A stretch of 64,000 bases of DNA, from the NCBI RefSeq assembly GCF_001194135.2, contig NC_068982.1:36897217-36961216 (forward strand). The letters are read 5' to 3'. The translations under genes and the position numbers were made by a program. This DNA comes from Octopus bimaculoides (taxonomy: Eukaryota). The notes beneath the pieces are model-generated. The model was not told the origin of the DNA and searched no databases. It saw nothing but the letters and a program-made list of their open reading frames with translations. Shown here one piece after another: positions 23,087 through 36,031 of this stretch; position 1 is the first letter of the stretch, and each line of letters opens with the position of its first letter.

Positions 23087-26000
23087 AGTGATAATGTTGT
23101 CAATAATCAATTGTATCTTCAATTTAATCCCGTAGCTTACCAATCATCTTTGGTAAAAGGAGTATCGGGCATGTATAGAGAGCAGCTCAGTAGGTTATAC
23201 TCCTCTCCATTATATAAGAAAGTATTATCAACATTGTTGTGTCATCCTCAACCTGGTTGCGGGGGTTACGCTATGATAGTGACAGCTAGTAATTTACTCC
23301 ATCACCGTCATACTTTCATTTTTCTATACTGTCATTGACCAGCTTGGTTGGCATATAGGAATTTGTTTGAGAGCTGAGGCTTGATAGGCACCAATCTTTA
23401 TGCTAAATATTTTGCTAACTCTCACTTTGCTGATCACACCTCTGTACGTGATTTGCATGGTTCTCACAAGTCATTCAGCTATCCTTGTTTTGTTTTGTTT
23501 TTGTTTTTGCTTTTTTTTTTAATTTTTAGAAATACCGAGATTACAATGTGAAACTTTGTTAATGCCTTCTTCAGATCAACAAATGCTAGAGAGACTAGTT
23601 ATTCTCCTTAGGAAGAACATACTGGTGATACCTTGTTCTGACATAAACTTGAATTGCATCTTTTTTACTCCTGTAGCAGTTGATAATGATATTGCTATTC
23701 CAGTCATTGTGTGTGGTGCCTTCCTGGGTTATCTCATTGATTATATAGGTGACTAACCTGCAACTTACTTAACCAAATTTTCAACCTCACAGCAAATATC
23801 CTTGATGGTCTAGCTATTTTTTTATCCCTAATTGTATTTTTGACTGCAAAGCTGTCAACTTTAGTGGCAGTTCTCACCATTGGGCTTACCTGGGGTAGGT
23901 CCCTCTCCTCTCATTCTCCTTTGCGATCCCCTCATTATTGTAGCATTTATATTCCTCTTTTTCTTTCAGTATCAGAGAGAGAGAGAGAGCACCATTCTCA
24001 TTTAATATACACTTCTCCCTGACAATGTGTCAGTTTTCTCTAGTACTCTCATACTTCTTACATATCTGGTCCTCACATTACACAATATGTGCAAATCTCT
24101 TACTTTCAGTTTTTCCCTTATTAAGTGTACCTAATATCTAGCTTCTCTTCTAGCTATTTTGTATATCCTTTGCTCCGAGCCTTTAATCTTGATTTCTCTA
24201 ATGGTGTGTAGTTATTTTTGATTTGTCATTTTTATCATTTTAAAAAAAAAAGGTAATAACTTCATCCATAAAGCTTGCTTCAGCTTCAGTTCTTTAATAA
24301 TCCTTAATAATAATTATGAATGCATTAATATAAAGTTAGAATGGTTCATTGTAGGATTTCAGTCTGTGTGTCTGAAATATATCCTCATTGTTTTATTTTG
24401 GGTCAGATAAAATTCATTGCAGCAGATTTTATAAGGCTGATTGCCCTTCATGTTGCTAACCCTAACTTATTTCCAAGTAAGGTTATATTTTCTGTAATTC
24501 TTCAGTCATGAACAACACAACTGAACAAGATTTCATAGAAGATTGCAAACAAATTACACAACTTGTATGACAGTGCTACTCATTTACAACTACTGCACTA
24601 TGTCAAGACAAGGAGACATGAACATATACATATTAGACACACACACACACACACTCATGCATGCACACATGAGTTACTTTCAGTTTCCATCTACCAATTC
24701 CACTTTGTTTGGTTTGGTGATGTTAAAGACACTTGGACAAGGTATCTTGCAGTGGGACTGAACCTAAAATCCAAATGCCTGTAAAGCGAATGTATGAATT
24801 TTAGAAACATTTTCTTGAATATTTATTGGTAACTCCCAATATGTATCAACATTATGACCTCACTATTAAAATCTCTTAATGTACATATTTAATTCATTTA
24901 TTTGATGGAGTAGATATTTTAAGACTTGAGATATATTGAATTTTGCATCTGCTGTATTATGATAAGTATATTTAACTGATGAATAAGCTTGTTCATAACT
25001 TTGTTTTGTCATATTTAATGTTTCATTTTCCTGTTTCCAAATTGCTAAGTTGTCATATTTTGTTAAATGTTGCTTTGATTTAGTAGGCATTTATTTTATA
25101 TTAATGACTTCCACATTAATAAAATGAATCCCCAGCTACTTGGGTGTAGAAAATGTATCCAATTTTTTTTTTTTTTTTGTTCCTGTTAATTTTCTCTGTC
25201 TGTCTGTCTGCCCTCTATATTGTAGGCCCATTTTATTTATAATTAGCATTTCCTCTAATTGCAAATTCTTCTATATCATCTCCTAACTATCCATTCTCAT
25301 ATCTTGTTAGTTTTCCTTTTCTTTTTTCCTTCTGCTATTCTATGGCCTCTCATTCTGTTCTCTCATAACTTCAATTACTTTTTCTTTTCCTATCTTTTCT
25401 CTCTTTTTTTTGTTTTTGTTTTTCTCTGTGCTAGCTCTTAATTCCTTATCCTCTTGTAACTTTTTTTCCCCTTTCCCAGAATCTTGCAAAGTTTCTAACT
25501 CTGTCATGTGCACTTGTAACCTTCCCTCTCATCAACCCTATTCCCTCCTATTATCTATTAACCTAACTTCTTTGTCATATATCAGCTTCCTTCTCCCTAA
25601 CTCTTTCTCCTACTCTGCCTCAAATAGTTTCAATCTTTATTATTCCTGTAACCTCACCTCTCCATTGTTTTTTCCTTTGCCTTTTCATAGTTTTACAACT
25701 TCACTGTTTCTCGTTTTCTCTTACTCTCACACCTCTTCATTTTGTTCTTGCTACACATCCCAGCATTTCATTTTCCTTTCTTATCTTTGATAAACTCTGT
25801 TTCTTGTGTCAAATTTTATATTACTATAACTTCTTATTCAAGCAAGGAGTGATTACTAGTTAGAGATATTCTCTTTGTAGAAAGGTTTCATAAGTGACAT
25901 AAAAATAATTTCTGATTCCTCTAGAAGATAACGTTTGGCATGTATCTCCCTCTGCTATCCTCCAACTTATTTCTGATTTTCCATTAAATTGGAAAATACA

Positions 26001-27877
26001 TTTTGTAAATGATAAAAATCATGTCAGATTTAAGTGGCTAAACACTTTGCAAATATATCTGAAAAGAATTATTTTTCTAAATTTGGCATAAAGGTCTCTT
26101 GCTTACTATATAAACTGTTAGCTGATATTTCATCTGTTCATTGTTAACAACTGTAGGTCACTTATTTTCTCTGACATTTCTTTGCAGACACAAATACCAA
26201 AAGCAGTTAACATGATCTGCCTTCTCTGTTTGCATAAATTAACACTTTGTTCAAAATGACTTTGAACTTACTGTCATTGCTTTTATGATGTTTATTGTTA
26301 TTTATTTATTATTATTTTCAGGATAAAAGATTTCCACCCACCCATCCAGAATTTGATATGGTCATTTGTCATTTTTTTTTTTCTTCCTTCAAATAGAATT
26401 ACTAATCAGATAAACAGATAAAAATTACTAATTTATAGAAAGGAAGATATTCTGTATTTACAGTTGAAATGCTGCAATTTTTTTTTTCCTATCTACTTTT
26501 ACTCAAGTTATATTTGTATTGTTAATTAAGATACGGTGAATCTTTGGGATAGAGTTTCAGATTGATATAACCTTTCTAAATTAGACAATTATTAACATCT
26601 TAATGGCAAACATTGTCTTGACACTTGTAGTGATAACAAAAGAACTTGATGACTGCTTTTCAAGCTTTAGTCAACTCAGTTGTTTTGTTATAGTTCAGAA
26701 TATCATATTGTTGTATGTGTTATTACTATGGCCACTTGGACTACCTCCACTTGTAATATTCAGTTCTGGTTGTAAGTATGGAAATACACACATATGCACA
26801 TTAAATAATAGTATTATTACATTCTTCTCTTTCAGAAAATCTTTACCAGAATCATACAATTTTATGGGATTACTTTCACCCATATCGATTGAAAGGTTTG
26901 AATATAAGGCTGGATCTCCTTAATTCCTGTAGAGCTGTTGTTTCATCTTCCTCCACATCATATCTTCTCTATCATTTGGTCCCTAGCACTGTCAGGTTTC
27001 TTATACTTTGTTCCACAATAGGAGAGGTAGGGATTGTCTGGTCTTCAAGATAAAGTAGCAAGTCATGAACAGAAACACTAGATGCTGTCCATCTAGAGAC
27101 TTGATGTTAGCACAAGTTATATTACTATCAAGAAGTTCAACTTGATTTACTTATGGTTTGTTCTTATTGCTCATAAATTTCCTTAGGAGTATTTAGCCAG
27201 GAGAACAGTGAATTTCCAGAGGAAGAGTGGCATTGAAAAGCAAAGAAACATTCATGGGATGTAGCAATTGATGCTGTAGATAATGGTAATCTTTGGGAGA
27301 AGAGTACCTGAAAAAACACCAATTCCCAACACTTCTCTAAAGGTACCTTCATATGGTACCTTTGAATCTTTCTGCTTGTTCATTCTTAATAGAGTAATAC
27401 AGATTAGTATGAATTGATGCAAGTCAACTCTGGGAGAGATAATCTTTTAAACCCTTGACATGAAAGAAGTGCCTTGATCAGAGTATATATATTTTGGCAG
27501 CCCTCAAAAGTTGAACAAGAGATCCAGACATCTGATCACTATGTCCCAATATGAATATTGACATATGAAAAAACAACAAAGAAACTATCCTAAGTAAATA
27601 TGTTTTATATAAAACACTAAGCAAAGGGGCTTTGATGTTTATACTAAGCTGTCCTGGAAGCTTTGTATTTTGATAAGTGTACCTTAAAGAGAGCAATAGA
27701 ACTGAAGATTTAGTTGAGCCTAGACCCCACAAAAAGTGCAGGTCTTCCTCAAATCCTTTGTAGATGACAAACTATTGTTGATGTTAGCAAGCATGGAAGT
27801 AATAAAAACTGGGCCAGTGTATGCTTGAGCAAATGTATCAGAGATCACACTCTTGTTACTAAGATGATATTTCATTG

Positions 27878-27941
<64 letters not shown>

Positions 27942-27956
27942 NNNNNNNNNNCTTCA

Positions 27957-28012
27957 CTATTCTATGCTGCCTATTCTATGCTGCCTATTCTATGCTGCCT
28001 ATTCTATGCTGC
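27957..28012. repeat. 14-bp tandem repeat (ctattctatgctgc) x4
   Basis: Four perfect units read directly. Confidence 0.95.
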
Positions 28013-28050
28013 TGGGTATTGACATCAGTCATTCACTCATCATTGGTATC

Positions 28051-28337
28051 CATGGCTGTAGCTAGGGTAAGTGGCACCCAGGGCAAGCACCAAAATTGCA
28101 CTCCTGCCACCACCACCACCACCACCACCAAAAAGTTGAAGCTTGCACAGAAAAAATGGGTAACTGGTTTTAAAAAATTGCATGGCGATAAGCAAAACAA
28201 ACCATGTCTGAAACGGTTTTGAATTTTTTTTTAATGGCTAAATTAGAAAATAATCTTGGCCAAAATTGCCCCCTCCCCCACCTTAAAATGACACCCAGGG
28301 CATGTGCCCTGCTTGCCCCACCCTAGCTACGCCCCTG
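28051..28337. mobile_element. hAT-superfamily MITE, 287 bp
   Basis: Imperfect TIRs catggctgtagctaggg / ccctagctacgcccctg; perfect 8-bp TSD TTGGTATC at 28043-28050 and 28338-28345. Confidence 0.9.
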
Positions 28338-28374
28338 TTGGTATCAGTTATGCTCTCACTTTTATCCCCTCTCC

Positions 28375-28660
28375 TGCTGGTACCATGATAAAATGCACTC
28401 AGTGCACTCTGTTTTAGTGTGAGGGCAAGAAGTCCCTTTAGTCTTGTTGTAAACATGACAACCTGCCTAATATTGGTGCCACAAAAAAATGTACCCAGTA
28501 TATTCTGTCAAGTGGTTGGTAATAAAAAGAGCATTGTAGCTGTAGAAATCAAACCAAAATCAAAATTTATGAGGGAGATGTGGTCCAACCCATCTAGGGA
28601 TGCAGCAGCAACCTGTCCAGCCTATGCCAGCAAAGAAAGCAGATAGAGGATGATGATGAT
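28375..28660 (+). mobile_element. (GAT)n-tailed SINE fragment, sense orientation
   Basis: ctggtaccatgataaaatgcactc...cctatgccagcaaagaaagcagatagaggatgatgatgatg. Confidence 0.6.
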
Positions 28661-28913
28661 GTACTGAGTACAAGATGATTGACTAAACTCTTGAGTGAAA
28701 CCATTAAAAGAAAGGAGTAGTGTATATAGATTTCAGTTTATAAATTTGTCAATGTTAACTGGCTTTCTGTTAGTGTTCAGTTGAAGAAGATTGGCAGATG
28801 GGGAGAAGAAAGAACTTGATTTCAAATGGTAGAATGTGCTTTTGATTATGGAATTTTAATACAATACATCAGTTATGCTGAATTCTATTGATTTTCGAAA
28901 TCTTGTATTGCAG

Positions 28914-29004
28914 AAAGTGCAACATTCTGTTGAACAAAAGCAGAAACTAGTTGATTCCCTTCATAATATGGTTGTTGTTGTGGATGATTCCAGTTCTGAA
29001 ACAG
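28914..29004 (+). CDS. DMD: Dystrophin exon 4 of window (91 nt, phase 0/1)
   Basis: tattgcag|AAAGTG...ACAG|gtaggt; KVQHSVEQKQKLVDSLHNMVVVVDDSSSET. Confidence 0.95.
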
Positions 29005-29245
29005 GTAGGTGAATTATGTATTTTGAAACTTTTTAAAAAGTTTCCTAAATTAGAAACTTTGAAGCTTTTAGCAAAGGTTGGTATTTTGATTTAGGTCTTG
29101 TGTTTTCTTGGACAGAATTCCTTAAGTATAAAGGGATTGATTTGATCTTTGATTAACTGTTTAAGTTTCATTCTTCATTGTTGAAAATTTTAAAAATTAC
29201 ATAAAGGTAATCTAATGAAAAGTGTTTTCTTCTATGGCTTTATAG

Positions 29246-29484
29246 CTTGTGAAGCTCTTGGACATCAACTTGAAAAACTTGTCAAACGTTGGGATGATGT
29301 ATGTAGACTAACTGAACAGAGACGGTTATTACTACAAGATGTCTTATTAAAATGGCAGTTTTATTCTGATGGATTAAAAGCATTTTGTAACTGGCTTAAT
29401 TGTCAAGAAGAAAAACTTGTAAAAATGCGTAAAGCTACTCTGAAAGATCCAGCTGAAGTTTCTGAACAAGTAAAAAATTTGAAG
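29246..29484 (+). CDS. DMD: Dystrophin exon 5 of window (239 nt, phase 1/0), R2 end/R3 start
   Basis: tttatag|CT TGT...TTGAAG|gtatgg; CEALGHQLEKLVKRWDDVCRLTEQRRLLLQDVLLKWQ...EQVKNLK. Confidence 0.96.
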
Positions 29485-32400
29485 GTATGGAAGTTTAATT
29501 ATTACAGTTTTAGTTTTATCTTCATTTATTTTTAAATGATTTAAATATTGTAGTGTATTTTGTGTATTATTATAATGTTTTGTTTAGGATGCATTACACT
29601 TAATAAATAATCTCTTTTGACTATTAACCTCAACTTGAGAATGAAATAGTTTTCTTATTCACACTTAATTTTGATTGCTTTTATCTATGATCACCATTAG
29701 ATGACTGCTCACTGAAATGTATGTATGTTCTTATTGAAAAATCTTTTATTGTTAATAATCTGTAAAATTATAATCTTAGTTACAACACCTGAGATATTTA
29801 ATTAGGATCACGTTGATTTGGCTGCCAGCATCATTTTCTGTTCAATTCAATTTCATATTCAGTGTAGTGATACATATTTATAGGCTAATGAATGACGTAA
29901 AAATCATTTTCGCTATAAATCAATAAATAAAGAGTTAGTAGCAATTAAATTTGAGATTTTGGGGTAATTTTAGCTAATCGTAAGTCACAGACACGTTCAT
30001 GTCTGTTTCCATAGTAACAAGTCAAACATGAGAACTCTTTTGTCAGTGAGAAAGCACATGTATTGACAAATATATTCTACACAATGCCATGCACATTGAC
30101 ACTGTGATCTGTTGCTTCTACCCTGGTTGTGAGATGTGCTAAAAATAACAGCTGAATATGCCTTAAATCACCCCCCTTCCCCCACCAATTGAAATTTTAT
30201 TTGCATAATCCTATGAATCCCTGTGTATAGAGTACAAATTCGCAAAACTTTTCTGCAAATTTTTAAAAAGTTATGAGGGGTTATATGTCATGCGTTAAAC
30301 AGAGTTTGATTTGTTTACAGTTTCATATAAAAACACGTGCTATTTTCAGAATGTTGACATGTACAGTCATGCACAAAATGACAGCTTCCAAATCCTGGTT
30401 CCTGACAGGGTGAAAATGATCAAACTTTAAACCTCTATAACTTTTTAAAAACATTTTTCTGGAAAAAGTTAAAATACTCCAGCAACTCCGCTTAGGAAAG
30501 TATATTAATATTCCATTCAATAAACTTTAATTTTTGAAATGCTGGAAGTCAAACCAACTAGATCCTTTAATTAAAGTACCTTATTGTTTAAAAATAATCT
30601 TTACATCAAAATTGAAAGAACACATTTCTTCAGTCAGATTCATAAATTTAGATCTAAATGAAATATCTAAAAATAGATTTTCTTTGTAATAAGATTTTAT
30701 GAAAGAATGCAGAAACTACTTTGACTATATCTTATATCTATACAAATAAGTTTTGTTATTTTAAGTAGATCATATAAGTATTGTCAGTATGATTTTGTTA
30801 TTAGACTAATTTCAAATATTAGATAGAATAAATGAAACCGTTTCAATTGGATCCTTAACATGCAACAGTGTAGTTCTATTGACTACAAATACGAAGTAAT
30901 GGAAAAACAAAAGTAAATGAACTTTGCAGAAGAGTGACATTGAACAACCATATCATTAAAACTTTTATTTTTCTTTGAACTTGGCCTGAATCTATTTATA
31001 GACTAGTGATCTTGCTTGTAGTGTCAGCCACTAACTACTAACAAAATCATTGTCTTCCTCTGTCTACCCCTCTCCCTGTTCTCCATACACTACTAGTGAA
31101 TTGTTGTCTGGGGTAAATGGACACTATTGTAGAAGGCAATGGGACCACACATATTTTTTACCTCTTGGTCTGTTGGTCACTTTTCTTCTTAAGTAGTTCT
31201 GTTTTAAATGGCTTAGAACCCATACCTCCCTCCTCTTTAAGGGTAGTAGGTACATCATGCTGCTTAGTTTACCATCACCAGCTGGCCACCAGGTGTATTT
31301 GACAGATTGCTGTGTTGCAAGCTTTCAGACCAGGGTTTCTCAATGCACCTTTACACTTCTCCAAGGTGTCAAAATTAGAACACCAATGTTCCATTCTCCA
31401 ACATCTATGGACTTCATTTTATCTTTGATCTTACCCATCATCTCTTAGTAACACAGAAATCTCTGAAGTACAAACTTTTTTACCTTCTATTCATAATTTA
31501 TATGCTACATTCTTTATTGAAATTTCACTTTGAAATGTGGTGTCTCTACTTATGTAGACTCTGCTCTCCCTGTTACTCATCTTTCTCACCTGGATACCTG
31601 CAATAATGACTTCCATTTACTCTGCCTTAAAGTTTCCCTTTTTCATTCCTCCAAATACATTCTCTTCTGCTGCTACTCTTTAGAACTCTGAACTACTGCC
31701 ACCATTTCAACCATATCTCCTCCTGCACTGAGGATACATACCTCACTTCAACCCTTTCCAAAGTCATTGTTCTCAGTACTTACAACTCCTATTGGCTCTT
31801 ACTTTTATCGCATACTGATGCCACTAATGCAGAAGCTAAATCTTTTGCATTTCTCAATTTGAGCCATGAATGATTCCTCCTAACATCATAGACCTCAAGC
31901 TCACCCTTATTTTGAACTGCAGCATATCTGCCTATCTTCTTGCCAACATTGTGAAAGCTTCTTTTCTTCCAACCATGATTTATTTGTGAGTAATAAAGTT
32001 GCAGTGAAAGCCTTCACCTTTACCATCTGCTTTGCATCCAACTCCACTCCACTTACACTTGTTAAATCTTCCTCAAATCTATCTTCCACTTCACCAGTCT
32101 CACCATCTTGCATACATATATGCCTAGTGTAAAGTACCTCCAGTTGCAGCAAGGCCATCAGCCTTGGCAACACTTCTTCCATAACTAAAATAATGCACCT
32201 TAGAACATGTAAGGGTAAGGAAATGAAAAACCATGGGGATAACATTCAGACAGAGACAGGATACAAGAAAATGTGAGTGTAAAACCACATTTTTGTGCAG
32301 ATATGAGAATAGTATAAGTCAACAGAACCAGTGGTTGAGGGCAAAACAAAAAGACTGTGTCATTCTTATTGAACCTTTCAAGATTGGGCATAGAGGCATT

Positions 32401-33211
32401 TGAAGAATTTCAGAATTATAACTTGGTGTTGCAGGATAAATAAATTGGGAGTACTGAGAGTGAAGTTTCTTTCCTATTAGTGTGGAAGAGGAAACATCAC
32501 TGTAGGGAGCCCCAAAGTGGTGGATAGGAATACAACCTCTGGATACAGTTATTAGTGGTAGAAGTGGAAATAAGACTAATAGGCCAAACCTATGGTGTTC
32601 TTTGGCAAGATATAACATCTGACAGATATTTAGCTTAGGGTTACATATGGTATTTGGAAACAGCATGGTAGGTGTGCTGCTTTTATAAAATAGTCAACTG
32701 CTAGTCACTAGTGATGTTCACATGATGCTGGGCAGAAGAATGTTTGTGGGATCAAGAATCACCAAAATGTATTACTGCTAACATCTATAAACCTGATGAT
32801 AATGGGTATCATTTGCCAATGGAATATTTGAATGAATAAACTGAGCAAGTTCAACCAGATGAATATGAGTTGCGAATAGGGAATGAGGGAAGAGAAGGGA
32901 GAAGTAAAAAATATCTTCTATGGTTGGGTACTACTGGTGAATATATTATTCCTCCAAGGTGCACTACCAGCAAAATTGCTGAGATTATCACTGCTGGATA
33001 ATCCCTTAGTCATAGATCTGTATGATTTAAGTTGACCTAGAGCAAACCTTCTTTAGGTTTTGTTATTCGAGTAGTGGGGACTCAATATGAGAGAACTGAT
33101 GAAGCTATCTTGGACATTGTTCTTCTGCTAAAGTATTTAAAACATGTTTAAAAAAAATTGTCTGGTTTCTAACTTACACTGAGTAAAATTCCAGTTGTTT
33201 TATCATTTTAG

Positions 33212-33391
33212 GCCATTGAAAAAGAAATGGAAGTACAAGTACAGTCTTTTGATGAACTATATGAGTGCGGTCAGCAAATTGTCCAGAATCTAGAGGATAA
33301 AGAAGCTGTTCAACGTATAAGTGCTGAACTTGAAGATGTACAAGAGCGATGGGAAAATCTGGTTCAGAACATGGGAACACAGAGCCAAGAG
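33212..33391 (+). CDS. DMD: Dystrophin exon 6 of window (180 nt, phase 0/0), R3 end
   Basis: cattttag|GCCATT...CAAGAG|gtaaca; AIEKEMEVQVQSFDELYECGQQIV...ERWENLVQNMGTQSQE. Confidence 0.95.
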
Positions 33392-33701
33392 GTAACATCA
33401 AAATTATATAAATTTTACTTTTTAATTCTAAGCTAATATTAGGTGTTTATAAATTATGAAGATATTTGTTAAATATTGAAATGAATTAAAAAGTTTCCAT
33501 TACAAAATACTATATATAGTCCTAGAAATTTAAGCTTACTAATTTTGAAATCATATGAGTGGCAGCTTTTGAAATTTGTTAAGCCATTTTGACCGTCATG
33601 TCTCTTATTTTTTTCTCTACTGCAAATTATTTATGGATAGCTTTTGTTTGTTTGATTTTACTAAGATAGGAAAATTTTAAATATAATTAATTTGATTTCA
33701 G

Positions 33702-34016
33702 ATTGCTGGGTCTGGAGTTGAACTTAGTAAAATAACAGATCTCGAGGAGATTCTTGCTGAAGAGAAAGTTCGAGAGACAAAGTCTGAACCAACAACTTCA
33801 CCTGATGTGGTGAAAAAGCGCAAAACTGATACAGCTTTACGGTTAGAATTTGAAATAGATATGAAAAAAATGAAAGATTGGTTTGAGAAGACAGAATCAA
33901 CATTAGCATTGCTATCTGTTGATGATGACGACGATGATGATGATGATGATGTTGAAGATCCTTTCCTTGCTTCTCAAGAAGAGTTTTCTGAAGAGGAGCA
34001 ATTTGTTTTAATTCAG
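33702..34016 (+). CDS. DMD: Dystrophin exon 7 of window (315 nt, phase 0/0), hinge 2 + R4 start with poly-Asp
   Basis: gatttcag|ATTGCT...ATTCAG|gtactt; IAGSGVELSK...VVKKRKTDTALRLEFEIDMKKMKDWFEKTESTL...D10...EEEQFVLIQ. Confidence 0.92.
33921..33950 (+). repeat. Coding (GAT/GAC)10 poly-aspartate tract
   Basis: GATGATGACGACGATGATGATGATGATGAT, in frame inside exon 7. Confidence 0.95.
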
Positions 34017-34748
34017 GTACTTTTATTTCTTTGAAATCTTAAATTCTATGTTTCTGATTGTATTAACAGTTACTATTTCTAAAAAAATTTATAACATGTG
34101 GTTATGATGCCAAGCTAATGTCATTAAAGTCATGACTTCAAATCTTACAATCATAACATCTGACTATACTTCTGACCAAAACCACATTGTATAGTCTATA
34201 CTTATTTTATAGTTGAATAATTAGAGATAGGAAGAGCATTCAGATTATAGTACTGTTTAAAAATCTGATAACAATTTTCTTTTGAATTATGAAGGAATCT
34301 TTTTTCTTATTAATGTTTTCTGTTAAAAACTTAGAAACCAGGAAACAATTTCACTGAGAATTATTCTCTAAAACTTATAAGGTATTCCCATAAATCACTT
34401 TTTACCATTAATTCATGTAATAATTAATAATTGCACTGCTTAAAATTTTTAAGTTATCACTTATTTCATTATAAGCTTCTTTCAATAACTTTACCAGTTG
34501 ATTTTTAAAGATCAAATCTACCCAATTTGGTTTTGTATTGTGTAAAACTTTCAGTCAACTGATCTTATTGCACTCAGAGTTTTGCCTATAAATTTCATGG
34601 ACTATGTCTCAGTTGACTGAAATATTTCAACTAATTATATTTTACATGTGAGACCCTGCCAAAAAAGTTTATATTTCCATCGAAATTTGAAAAAACAAAA
34701 AGAAAGAAAAAAGAACATTTTATCTTATAGAACTATTTCTTTTGACAG

Positions 34749-34836
34749 GATACAAAAAATGATGTGAAAACTCACCATGATAAAGTATCTTCACTCTTGG
34801 AAACTGGGAAAAAATTAATTGAAGAATTAAAATTTG
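34749..34836 (+). CDS. DMD: Dystrophin exon 8 of window (88 nt, phase 0/1)
   Basis: tttgacag|GATACA...TTTG|gtaagt; DTKNDVKTHHDKVSSLLETGKKLIEELKF. Confidence 0.93.
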
Positions 34837-35019
34837 GTAAGTTTTTATGTATATAAGAAATATGTGTAAACTAATTCTCTTATAATGATTGATATTCAAA
34901 GGACCCTCTTAATTTGAGATGAACTGTTTTGCTTGTTTAATTGTTAAAATTTTTATTGCTTTTAAATAAAAATTTGTTCTGAAGCTAAATTATATTAGCA
35001 TTTTATTTTATTTTTTAAG

Positions 35020-35261
35020 GCGGTGAAAATTATGATAATATTTCTAAGCTGACACAAGAGCTGGAAGAAAGATGGAAAATTATCAATCAACTTCTGAATG
35101 AGACACATAGTAAGGTTTTTCTGGAAATTGAAGCTAAAAAGTTTTATGACGAACTGAATTCACTGAAAGATTTGATGTTGAATTATGAGAGATGGGCATC
35201 TACTGCAGAGAACATTTCAGAAGAAACTCTTGAAATCAGTCATCAGTTAGAGCAATGCAGA
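35020..35261 (+). CDS. DMD: Dystrophin exon 9 of window (242 nt, phase 1/0), R4 end/R5 start
   Basis: ttttttaag|GC GGT...TGCAGA|gtaagt; GENYDNISKLTQELEERWKII...YERWASTAENISEETLEISHQLEQCR. Confidence 0.94.
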
Positions 35262-35868
35262 GTAAGTTAAACTTTCATTCTGTATATTGGGGAAAGAGTG
35301 TTTTAGTCACTGTTTCTAACATGGATAATTTTATAACTATTGTTTAAAAATAAAGGGGTACTTCATTTTTATTGATATTGTGTTTATTCTAAAGAAGTTC
35401 ATAAAAGCTGGATATTAGGGTTTACATATTGCATGTAATAGGCTTATGGATTTATTTGGATTCACAATGCCTAATTTTAGTGATCTCATAAACATACATA
35501 AATTGTTTAGATTTAGTCCATTTCAAAACAAGCCATTCATATGTTTGAATTCATGGATATTGAAATCCTGAATAGATTGTTAGTTTATTATGGAAGTATT
35601 GACTTTAATGTATTTTTCCATGAAGCAGTCTGTCTCACAAAGCTCATTACCTCCCAGGTCTTTCACTACGACCAAAAATAACATGTACAAAGCATGGTTA
35701 AATTAAATTCAATTTTTTGATTAATAATTAATTAAATATTTGTTTCAAGGTGTGCATGCTTGAAAAAGCATTAATATGCAACCAAACAATGCTACATTAC
35801 TTATATACTATATATTTTATTTAGTGAAGTTGTATGTTTTTAAAAAGACCTTCTGTAATTTGTAAAAG

Positions 35869-36031
35869 GTAAAATTAAAAGACATGAAGTCCCAAGAAGA
35901 ACGTGTTGAACATCTTAAAGTGCAAGCAAATGCTTTGTTGCAACAAGAGAAGAAGACAGGAAAGAAAGAGAAAGTTCAGTTTGATCTTGATGCATTTAAT
36001 CAGCGGTGGGAAGCTATTTATCAGAAGATAG
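35869..36031 (+). CDS. DMD: Dystrophin exon 10 of window (163 nt, phase 0/1)
   Basis: tgtaaaag|GTAAAA...ATAG|gtaggt; VKLKDMKSQEERVEHLKVQANALL...DLDAFNQRWEAIYQKI. Confidence 0.92.

Noticed and set aside
25250-25800. Hydrophobic Ser/Phe/Leu-rich ORFs (also 38863-39210, 46342-46647, 31907-32245)
   Set aside because: They arise from pyrimidine-rich, decayed repeat sequence, with no splice-compatible exon or recognisable domain.
30260-30451. 15-bp perfect inverted repeat (tttttaaaaagttat / ataactttttaaaaa)
   Set aside because: Low-complexity AT-rich sequence, probably a decayed MITE interior; no TSD or clear ends.
35861-35875. Recursive-splice-like AG|GTAAAA at the exon 10 acceptor
   Set aside because: GTA is simply the Val codon needed for the frame; the reconstituted donor would be weak and there is no other support.
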